Shown in pieces: positions 28,325-36,089 of a stretch of 64,000 bases of DNA. Position numbers and translations under genes: made by a program. The notes beneath the pieces are model-generated. The model did no database searches. It saw only the letters and a list, made by a program, of their open reading frames with translations, and had not been told where the DNA came from. The first letter of the stretch is position 1; each line of letters begins with the position of its first letter. Origin of the DNA: Candidatus Rokuibacteriota bacterium (lineage in GTDB: Bacteria > Methylomirabilota > Methylomirabilia > Rokubacteriales > CSP1-6); assembly GCA_030647435.1 (NCBI GenBank), contig JAUSJX010000081.1, positions 2,913 to 66,912 of the forward strand, in the 5' to 3' direction.

Positions 28325-29632
28325 GCGCGTGAACTCCTTGAAGCGCACCGTGAGCGGTCCCAGCAGCGCCACGGCGCCGAGGAGCCCGAAGCCCCAGATC
28401 CACTTGGACTCGGCCGAGGCGCCCCAGCGCGGCGCCCAGTCGAGCACGAATCCCACGGCCCATGGTGACAGCGCGCCGGCCGTGAAGCCCACCGTGGACT
28501 GGAGCGCCATGGTTCGCCCGAGATAGGTCGACTCGGCCGCATCGGCGATGCCGGTCGAGACGATGGCCGACTCGGACGTGATGAGCACGCCGTAGAGGAG
28601 CCCGAGCGCGACGAGGGTGGAGAACGGCCAGGCGAGACCCCAGCCGATCGCGAACGAGCACGCCGCCGAGAGCAGCATGAGCACGCTGATCGGCCGCGCG
28701 CGGCCGAAGCGATCGGAGACCAGGCCCGTGAAGGGATGGGGCAGGGCGCCGATGGCCAGCACGGCCGAGGCCGCGAGCGCGGCCCGCTGGTTGGCCTCGG
28801 CCAGGGCCGCTCCCGAGGCGACGAGGCTCGCGGTGAAGAAGGGGACGATCCAGCCGCGCATGCCCATGAGCTCGAAGGTGTGCGCACCGTAGGCCGTGAT
28901 GAGCCGCATGGCGGGGCGGTTCTTGAGGACAGGGCCCAGCCGCTCTCTATTGGTGCTGGCGGCGCCTGGCCTCCCGCTCGAGGGAACGGGCTTGGGCGCA
29001 GCCGCCATCCCACGGGGCAGGACGAACCAGCCGATCAGCCCTGCCAGGAGCGGCCCCGCCGCCGTCAGCGCGAAGGCCCAGCGCCAGCCCCACAGCCCAT
29101 TGGCCCAGCCCGTCAGCAGGAGCGACACGGATGTGCCAAGGGTGAAGCTGCCGATATAGCAGCCCATGGCGAAGCCGCGCCGGCCTTCAGCGAAGCGCTC
29201 GGCGACCATGCGCATGCCCGGCATGTACGTGCCGGCGAGCCCGAGCCCGACGGCGCCGCGCAGGAGGATGGCCGAGAGGAACCCCTGCGCCCAGAACGCG
29301 AAGGCCAGGCTGGCCGCGGCCGTCCAGAACGCGCTCCAGAGATAGATGCGGCGCGGCGGCATGTAGTCGGTCAGGGTCGCGAGGATCATGACCGCGCCGA
29401 TATAGCCGAACTGGTAGAAGGAGACGATCAGTCCCGCCTCGCTATTGCTGAGCCCCCAGTCCTTCTGGAGGATGGGCAGGAGCGCCGAGAAGTTGGAGAA
29501 GACCAGCAGTGTCCCGAGCTCGGAGGCGCAGATGGCGGCGAGCCAGGCGCGGTCGCTGTAGGTGAACCGGCCGCGGGCGCTGTAGGTGAACCGGCCGCGG
29601 GCGCTGTAGGCGAGTCGGCCGCGGGCGCTCAC
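28310..29632 (-). CDS. MFS transporter
   Basis: About 12 hydrophobic segments, [18 protein letters not shown]-terminal 8-aa tandem repeat. Confidence 0.9.
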   Translation of the reverse strand: MSARGRLAYSARGRFTYSARGRFTYSDRAWLAAICASELGTLLVFSNFSALLPILQKDWGLSNSEAGLIVSFYQFGYIGAVMILATLTDYMPPRRIYLWSAFWTAAASLAFAFWAQGFLSAILLRGAVGLGLAGTYMPGMRMVAERFAEGRRGFAMGCYIGSFTLGTSVSLLLTGWANGLWGWRWAFALTAAGPLLAGLIGWFVLPRGMAAAPKPVPSSGRPGAASTNRERLGPVLKNRPAMRLITAYGAHTFELMGMRGWIVPFFTASLVASGAALAEANQRAALAASAVLAIGALPHPFTGLVSDRFGRARPISVLMLLSAACSFAIGWGLAWPFSTLVALGLLYGVLITSESAIVSTGIADAAESTYLGRTMALQSTVGFTAGALSPWAVGFVLDWAPRWGASAESKWIWGFGLLGAVALLGPLTVRFKEFTRAGCR

Positions 29633-30951
29633 CGCTTGCCCTGCTGCTCCCGCCACTTCCTCCACGCCTCGAGGCGCGCTGCCAACTCCTTCTCGAGCCC
29701 GCGGTCCACGGGCCGGTAATAGACGCGGCCGCGCAGCGCCTCGGGCAGATGTTCCTGGCTCACGCGCGCCTCCGCTGCGTCGTGCGCGTACTGGTAGCCC
29801 TTGCCGTATCCCTGGTTCGCCATGAGCCCGGTCGGGGCGTTGCGGAGGTGTAGCGGCACGGGCTCGGCGGGCTTGTCCTGGATGTCCTGGCGGACCTGGT
29901 TCCACGCGGCGTAGACGGCGTTCGACTTGGGCGCGAGCGCCAGGTAGCAGGCCGCCTGCGCGAGCGCGAGGTCACCCTCGGGCGAGCCCAGGAAGTGATA
30001 GGCCTCCTTGGCGTCGAGCGCCAGGCGCAGCGCCTGCGGGTCCGCGTTGCCCACGTCCTCGGAGGCGAAGCGCACGAGGCGCCGCGCGACGTAGAGCGCG
30101 TCCTCACCGGCCTCCAGCATGCGCCCGAGCCAGTAGAGCGCGCCGTCGGGGTCGGAGTCGCGCAGCGACTTGTGCAGGGCCGAGATCAGGTTGTAGTGCT
30201 CCTCGCCCGACTTGTCGTAGAGGAGCGCCTTCTTCTGGACGGCGTCGCGGATCGCGCCTTCCGTCACCGCGCCCGCGTGCAGCGTCACCGTCAGCTCGAG
30301 GATGTTCAGCGCGCCTCGCGCGTCGCCGTCCGAGAGGCGCGCGATCAGCCTCAGCGCGTCGGTATCGGCAGCGGCGGCCGTCCCGCCGAGCCCGCGCTCG
30401 GGATCGCGCAGCGCGCGCTCGAGGATGGCCACGATGTCCTCCTCCGACAGCGGCTGGAGCACGTAGACGCGGCAGCGCGAGAGGAGCGCGGCGTTGACTT
30501 CGAAGGACGGGTTCTCCGTGGTGGCGCCGATGAGGATGAGCGTGCCCTTCTCGACGTGGGGCAGGAAGGCGTCCTGCTGGCTCTTGTTGAAGCGGTGGAT
30601 CTCGTCCACGAAGAGGATGGTGCGCTTGCCGCCGCGCGCCCGGTCCGCCTCGGCCTCGGCCACGACCTGCCGGATCTCCTTGACGCCCGCCAGCACCGCC
30701 GAGAAGAGCACGAAGCGCGCGCCCGCGACGTGCGCCATGAGCGACGCAAGCGTCGTTTTGCCGGTGCCCGGCGGGCCCCAGAGGATCATGGAGTGAAGCT
30801 GCCCCTCTTCGAGCGCGCGGCGGAGGACCTTGCCCGGGCCGATCAGGTGCTGCTGGCCCACGACCTCGTCGAGGGTGCGCGGTCGGATGCGATCCGCGAG
30901 CGGAGCGGGGGCGGCGGGCGTGGCGGACGGCGGGGGATCGAAGAGATCCAC
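29629..30951 (-). CDS. rarA: Replication-associated recombination protein A (MgsA)
   Basis: [49 protein letters not shown]. Confidence 0.96.
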   Translation of the reverse strand: MDLFDPPPSATPAAPAPLADRIRPRTLDEVVGQQHLIGPGKVLRRALEEGQLHSMILWGPPGTGKTTLASLMAHVAGARFVLFSAVLAGVKEIRQVVAEAEADRARGGKRTILFVDEIHRFNKSQQDAFLPHVEKGTLILIGATTENPSFEVNAALLSRCRVYVLQPLSEEDIVAILERALRDPERGLGGTAAAADTDALRLIARLSDGDARGALNILELTVTLHAGAVTEGAIRDAVQKKALLYDKSGEEHYNLISALHKSLRDSDPDGALYWLGRMLEAGEDALYVARRLVRFASEDVGNADPQALRLALDAKEAYHFLGSPEGDLALAQAACYLALAPKSNAVYAAWNQVRQDIQDKPAEPVPLHLRNAPTGLMANQGYGKGYQYAHDAAEARVSQEHLPEALRGRVYYRPVDRGLEKELAARLEAWRKWREQQGKR

Positions 30952-30969
30952 GGCGGGAGTATACCCCGC

Positions 30970-31070
30970 AGTGCGAGCCGAAACGCCCGCCTCGGGCGGT
31001 GAGGCGAGGGCTGAGAGGCAGTGCGAGCCGAAACGCTCGCCTCGGGCGGTGAGGCGAGGGCTGAGAGAGT
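30970..31070 (-). repeat. Family B repeat, two tandem units (50 and 48 bp)
   Basis: AGTGCGAGCCGAAACGC(C/T)CGCCTCGGGCGGTGAGGCGAGGGCTGAGAG x2, then AGT. Confidence 0.92.
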
Positions 31071-31076
31071 GGGGGG

Positions 31077-31712
31077 CTACGCCAGCGCAGCGGGGAGATC
31101 GAGGAGCGAGGTGATGCGGGCCGTGACGCTGACGCCGCGGCGGTCGAGCTCGGCCGGGTCCGCGCGGTAGGCGATGAAGGGAATGCCGCCGGCCTGGGCG
31201 GCGAGCCCGTCCACCCAGGCGTCGCCCACCATCACCATGTGGGGCGCCGCGGGCCAGCGTAGGCGGACCACGCGGAGGCCGTCGGGATCCGGCTTAAGCG
31301 CGGTGACGTCGTCGCGGGTCACGACCAGGTCCAGGTGAGGCAGCAGGTCGAAGCGCGCGAGGACGAAGTCGGCGACCACGCGGTCGTTGTTGGTCCAGAT
31401 CGCGGTGGCGAAGCCCAGTTGCCTCATGGCGCGGAGCGCCTCGTCGGCGAAGGGCTCCAGCACCGCCTGCTCCATGGCGTGCCGCTCGTGGCGTTGGGGA
31501 ATGGCGAGGATCTCCGCCTCGAGATGGGGGGCCTCGCTTCGCACGAAGGCGAACAGCTCGGGCCCCGACCAGCGCAGCTCGCGCCGGGGCAGGGGCAGGC
31601 CCCGCTCGCGCACGAATGCTTCCATCTCGCGCCCCACCGCCTTGAGATCGAGCGGCGAGCTGACGAGGGTGTGGTCAAGGTCGAAGACGCAGACGGGAGG
31701 GCTCTGCGTCAC
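31077..31712 (-). CDS. HAD-family hydrolase
   Basis: FDLDHTL, WTNN, KPDPDG, VGDAWVD. Confidence 0.88.
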   Translation of the reverse strand: MTQSPPVCVFDLDHTLVSSPLDLKAVGREMEAFVRERGLPLPRRELRWSGPELFAFVRSEAPHLEAEILAIPQRHERHAMEQAVLEPFADEALRAMRQLGFATAIWTNNDRVVADFVLARFDLLPHLDLVVTRDDVTALKPDPDGLRVVRLRWPAAPHMVMVGDAWVDGLAAQAGGIPFIAYRADPAELDRRGVSVTARITSLLDLPAALA

Positions 31713-31716
31713 CGCC

Positions 31717-32742
31717 TCAGCCGCCGTGCGCAGTCCCGCGGTCGGGCTGCCCGCGGTCGGGCTGGTTGAGGAGATCGCGTAGGAGCTCGATGCCGCCGCT
31801 GTCCAGCGTACGGTCGGCCACGATCAGCTCGACATCCTTGGGCAGGCTCTCCCGGATGCGGGCCGCGGCTTGCTCGGAGCAGACGACGGTGCGCGTGCGC
31901 TCCAGCATGCGGTCCAGCGACCAGCTGTCGTCCGTGGAAGCGAGTACCGGGGTGACGTGCATGAGCCCCGCCGACTGCACGGAGCGCAGGAGGTTCTGGC
32001 CGCCGCTCGCGGTCGTGCAGACCAGTCCCACGGTGGAGCCCTCGGGCAGCTCGGTCAGCCGCAGGAGCGTCTTGATGCTTGCCTCGGCCAGCAGGGCCAC
32101 GGTAGGCGGGCCGTCCGGCGGCATGACGCGCCTCACCTCGTGGATGTGAAAGAAGGTCGTGATCACGACCCGGTAACCCTTGAGGAAGCCGGGATCACGG
32201 GCGGCTTTCGCCTCGAACTCGTCCACCAGCATCCGGTCGACCTGGAGCGGCAGCTCCGCCTCGAGCTCGTCTCGGTAGCGCGCCAGCTCCGCGTCGTTGC
32301 ACTCGACCAGGATGGCGCGGCGGCGCGCTACCTTGCCCGCGCGGCCCGCCGGCGCGCTCGAGGCCAGCGCGGCCAGGAATTCGTCCTGTGTGAAGCCGAG
32401 CCGCCGCACGCGCTCGAGGCTCTCGCCGACCAGGCGCTGGAGGCTGTGCGCCGCGCGCCCCTCCCGCGTCGGGCGGTCGGCCACGAAGGTGCCGCGTCCC
32501 TGCTGCCCCTCGACATAGCCGTCGCGCTCGAGGTCGGCGAGGGCGCGGGCGACCGTGTTGGGATTGATGCGGAGGAAGCCCGCCAGCTGGCGCACCGTGG
32601 GCAGCTGCATGCCCGGCTTGAGCGCGCCCGTGGAGATCAGGTGGCGGATCTGGGTCATGAGCTGCACGTGCACGGGCACGGCGCTCTTGCGGTTGACCCG
32701 GAGCCCCGAGGGTGGCGCTATGCGTGACGACTCACGCGCCAT
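31717..32742 (-). CDS. GntR (YtrA-like) transcriptional regulator with long C-terminal domain
   Basis: LKPGMQLPTVRQLA..LRINPNTVARA...GRGTFV. Confidence 0.9.
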   Translation of the reverse strand: MARESSRIAPPSGLRVNRKSAVPVHVQLMTQIRHLISTGALKPGMQLPTVRQLAGFLRINPNTVARALADLERDGYVEGQQGRGTFVADRPTREGRAAHSLQRLVGESLERVRRLGFTQDEFLAALASSAPAGRAGKVARRRAILVECNDAELARYRDELEAELPLQVDRMLVDEFEAKAARDPGFLKGYRVVITTFFHIHEVRRVMPPDGPPTVALLAEASIKTLLRLTELPEGSTVGLVCTTASGGQNLLRSVQSAGLMHVTPVLASTDDSWSLDRMLERTRTVVCSEQAAARIRESLPKDVELIVADRTLDSGGIELLRDLLNQPDRGQPDRGTAHGG

Positions 32743-32752
32743 GAATGTGGTG

Positions 32753-32962
32753 CTAGACCGTGGCGCGTCGCGGCCCGGTGGCGCTCTTGACAGCCTGTCC
32801 CGCGAGGGACCGGCCCACCCGGATCAGCGCCAGCCCCAGGGCCACCCGCAGGGGAACGGGGGTCGGGCGCGTGGAGCCCATCAGTCTCGCCTGGGTCGCC
32901 ATGGCCCGCGCCTCTGCCAGCCGGTCTTTCCCGATCTGCTCAGCCAGGTAGTAGTTGATCAC
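32753..32962 (-). CDS. Small hypothetical protein (69 aa) leading the GntR operon
   Basis: AAAGGAGG RBS before GTG 32962; directly downstream of the operator. Confidence 0.65.
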   Translation of the reverse strand: MINYYLAEQIGKDRLAEARAMATQARLMGSTRPTPVPLRVALGLALIRVGRSLAGQAVKSATGPRRATV

Positions 32963-33006
32963 GTCCGTCCTCCTTTCGGGCCTCTCTGCCCGTCTTGCGG
33001 TCTCCG

Positions 33007-33038
33007 TAATAGTGTATTGGTACATTGATACACTATTA
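33007..33038. promoter_or_regulatory. YtrA/GntR-type operator palindrome
   Basis: Perfect 11-bp inverted repeat TAATAGTGTAT-N10-ATACACTATTA upstream of the GntR operon. Confidence 0.8.
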
Positions 33039-33096
33039 ACCGGCCACACGCAACTCCCGGCGACATAGCTGGGCGGGCCCGAAAACACCCCCGCTC

Positions 33097-33240
33097 GCAG
33101 GCGGCTCAAAAAGGTCCAGATGCGAGGCGGCGCCCGCCGGCCGCACGCGAGGCGTACTCCTGTACGTTGAGCGTGCGGCCGAGGGCGCCCCCACAGTCTT
33201 CATGCTAAATGGCGCAGATGGGCCTTTTTCAGCCGCCTGC
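33097..33240. repeat. MITE-like repeat family A, copy 3 (with extra internal sequence)
   Basis: GCAGGCGGCTCAAAAAGGTCCA...TGGGCCTTTTTCAGCCGCCTGC. Confidence 0.9.
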
Positions 33241-33241
33241 A

Positions 33242-34588
33242 CTAGACGAGCCAGCGGAGGAGGAGGGTGGCGAGAGAGAGGAAGATCGTGACGCCGAGAA
33301 CGTCCTGGAAGGCGGTCTCGAACGGGCCGGCCGTGAGGGCGGGGTCGAAGCCCAGCCGCTTGGACAGCATGGGGATCGCCGTCCCCGCGCAGCCCGAGAG
33401 ATTGACCGAGACGAACATGGAGGTGGCGACCACGAACCCGAAGGTGAAGGAGTGCCACAAGAGCCCGATCGAGCCGACCACCACGGCGCAGACAGCCCCG
33501 AGGATGGCGGACGTCTGGGCCTGCCTCCAGAGCGGCTCCCACCACCGGCTGAGCTGGACCTGTCCCGTCGCCAAGCCCCGCACGACCATCGTTACCGACT
33601 GGAGGCCCGTATTGCCGGAGATCGCCTGGATCACCGGCATAAAGGACGCCAGGAGGATGACCTTGCCGAGGGTCTGGTCGAAGTAGTGGATGACCACGCC
33701 CGCCAGCATCTCGATCAGCAGCGTCAGCAGCACCCAGGGCAGGCGCAGCATGGCGACCTGGCGCGGGGAGCGGCGCTCGAGCTCGGCGGCATCCGAGCCG
33801 GCCATGCGGAAGATGTCTTCCGATGCTTCCTCCTGGACCACGTCCATGACGTCGTCCACGGTGATGGTGCCCACCAGCCGGTTCTGGTCGTCCACGACCG
33901 GGACGGTCACGAGGTCGTACTTCACGACGACCCGCGCGACCTCTTCCTTGTCCATCGTCGCGTTGACGCTCACGACCTCCTCCGCTTCGAGGATGCCGAG
34001 GATGAGGCTGCGCGGGTCGGCGAGAAGGAGGCGCCGGAGCGGCACCCGCCCGATGAGGTGCTGGTGATCGTCCACCGCGTACACGCCGAAGGGGCGCTCC
34101 TCGGTGACGGTCTTCCTGATGTGCTGGATGGCCTCCTCGACGGTCGACGTCTCGCGGATTGCCACGACGTCCTGGGACATGAGGCGCCCCGCCGAGTCTT
34201 CGGGATACTCGAGGATCTCCTGGATCTCTTCCGACTTCTCCTCTTCCATGAGGTCCAGGATCTTTTCCGCATGCTCGCTCGAGAGCTCGTCCACGACGTC
34301 GGCCGCGTGCTCCGCCGGCATCCGGTCGAGGATCATCGACACCTCGACGTCGTCCAGGGCGCGCACGAGCTCGAGCAGCGTGGCGTCGTCGAGCTCGGAC
34401 AGGACGTCGCCGGCCTGGTCCTGCCGGAGCGAGCGGAAGATCGTCGCGCGGTCGGCGAGCGGCAGCTGCTGGAGCACGTGGGCGATGTCGGCCGCGTGGG
34501 CTTCGACGAGCGCCTGAGTTGCGCGAACGTCGTCGCGGTTCTGGAGCAGCTCTTCGGCTGCGCGTAGCAGGCGCTCGCTCGTGTCCAT
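33242..34588 (-). CDS. mgtE: Magnesium transporter MgtE
   Basis: YPEDSAGRLM, CBS pair, GTITVDD, RLPW, GNTGLQS, DPA..AGPF.T..QD. Confidence 0.95.
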   Translation of the reverse strand: MDTSERLLRAAEELLQNRDDVRATQALVEAHAADIAHVLQQLPLADRATIFRSLRQDQAGDVLSELDDATLLELVRALDDVEVSMILDRMPAEHAADVVDELSSEHAEKILDLMEEEKSEEIQEILEYPEDSAGRLMSQDVVAIRETSTVEEAIQHIRKTVTEERPFGVYAVDDHQHLIGRVPLRRLLLADPRSLILGILEAEEVVSVNATMDKEEVARVVVKYDLVTVPVVDDQNRLVGTITVDDVMDVVQEEASEDIFRMAGSDAAELERRSPRQVAMLRLPWVLLTLLIEMLAGVVIHYFDQTLGKVILLASFMPVIQAISGNTGLQSVTMVVRGLATGQVQLSRWWEPLWRQAQTSAILGAVCAVVVGSIGLLWHSFTFGFVVATSMFVSVNLSGCAGTAIPMLSKRLGFDPALTAGPFETAFQDVLGVTIFLSLATLLLRWLV

Positions 34589-34694
34589 GGTGTGATCTCC
34601 GGAGTCGATTGTACCGGGCTGCCCGCGTTGCCGCGACGGAATATCCATCAGTAGAGGCCGGGCCGGGGCACCGTGGTAGCCTGACGGTATCCGT

Positions 34695-36089
34695 ATGGTG
34701 CACCTCCGCGCGTTCTCCGGCTTGCTCCTCGCGGGACTCGTAGCCGTCTCCGCCGGGCCCGCGCTGGCCCTCGACGAGGCCGAGCGCCTCATGCTGGTCG
34801 GCGAGAAGTCCTACGAGGACGGGCTCTACGCGCTCTCCCGCCGCACGCTCGAGCGCTTTCTCGAGCGCTTCCCCGGTGACAAGCGGGCTGGCGAGGCGAT
34901 GCTCCTCCTGGGCAAGGCCCGGCTCTCCCAGGGGTCTCTCGAGGCCGCGCTCGACGCCTTCAGGAAGACGGAGGGGTTCTCGCCCGTTCCCGGGAAGCCC
35001 CAGGAAGCGCGCTTCTGGGAGGCCGAGACGCTGTACCGGCTGAAGCGCTTCACCGACGCGCGCGCGGCCTATGCCCGCGTCATCTCGGCCGAGCCTGCCT
35101 CGCCGCTCCTCCCCGACGCCCTCTACTCGATCGGCTGGACCGACCTCGAGCTCAAGCGCCGGGATGCGGCCGTGATCGAGTTCGGACGGCTCGTCAAGGA
35201 ATTTCCCGATCACGCGGCGGGGCCCTCGGCCGCCATCCAGCTCGCCCGCGCCCTCATCGAGACGAAGCACGCCGACGAGGCCGTGGCGGTGCTCGAGCCG
35301 TTCCCGGCGAAGTACCCGGAGCACCGGCTGGTGCCGGAGGCGCGCTACTACCTGGCGCGCGCCCGGCTGGCGGCGGGCGACATGGACAAGGGCGTGGCCG
35401 AGCTCCGGGCCTTCGCGCGGGCCAACCCGGGGCACGAGCTGGCGCTCTCCGCGCGCCGCGTAGCGCTCGACACCCAGATCAAGGCCGGCAAGAAGAAGGA
35501 GCTCGCCGAGGAGTACGCGGCGCTGATGGGCCAGAAGCCTCCGGCGCCCGAAGGCCTCTACGACGCGGGCACCATCGCGGCGGCCCTCGACCGCCCGCGC
35601 GACGCAGACGCCGCGTGGGCGCGGCTCAGGAAAGAATTCCCGGAGCACGTCTTGACCGCCCGCGCCTCGCTGGAGCAGGCTCAGACGGCGTTCGGCAAGA
35701 AGAACTTCAAGGACGCCGCGACGCTGGGGCGCGCCGCCGCCAAGAGCCCCGAGGACGCCGTGCGGGGCGAGGCGCTCCTTGTCGTCGGCGAGAGCGAGAT
35801 GAAGCTACGGCACCCCGCCCAGGCGCTCCCGGCCTTCCAGGCCGCTGCGGACACGCCCGGGCTCGAGCCCGCGCTCCACTTCCGCGCGCTGGCAGGCAGC
35901 GGGCTCGCCCACGAGGACCAGAAGCAGTGGACGCAGGCCGCGAAGTACTACGAAGACGTCGCGGAGAAGAGCCCGGACAAGACGCTGGCCAACTGGGCCA
36001 AGACGCGCCGCGCGGCGATCGCGGCCCACCTCAAGCCGGCGCCCAAGCCGGCGCCCAAGCCGGCGCCCAAGACGGACAAGAAGCGATGA
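34695..36089 (+). CDS. Exported tetratricopeptide-repeat protein
   Basis: Signal peptide (GPALA), repeated FP/YP..A.Y TPR units, C-terminal KPAP repeats. Confidence 0.85.
   Translation: MVHLRAFSGLLLAGLVAVSAGPALALDEAERLMLVGEKSYEDGLYALSRRTLERFLERFPGDKRAGEAMLLLGKARLSQGSLEAALDAFRKTEGFSPVPGKPQEARFWEAETLYRLKRFTDARAAYARVISAEPASPLLPDALYSIGWTDLELKRRDAAVIEFGRLVKEFPDHAAGPSAAIQLARALIETKHADEAVAVLEPFPAKYPEHRLVPEARYYLARARLAAGDMDKGVAELRAFARANPGHELALSARRVALDTQIKAGKKKELAEEYAALMGQKPPAPEGLYDAGTIAAALDRPRDADAAWARLRKEFPEHVLTARASLEQAQTAFGKKNFKDAATLGRAAAKSPEDAVRGEALLVVGESEMKLRHPAQALPAFQAAADTPGLEPALHFRALAGSGLAHEDQKQWTQAAKYYEDVAEKSPDKTLANWAKTRRAAIAAHLKPAPKPAPKPAPKTDKKR

Noticed and set aside
30970..31070. Possible mini CRISPR array (also 47037-47090 and 24109-24198)
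   Set aside because: Units are head-to-tail with no unique spacers, and there are no cas genes.
34589..34694. Mg2+ (M-box) riboswitch upstream of mgtE
   Set aside because: The divergent intergenic region is only about 105 bp, with a -10-like box close to the start; no room or motif.
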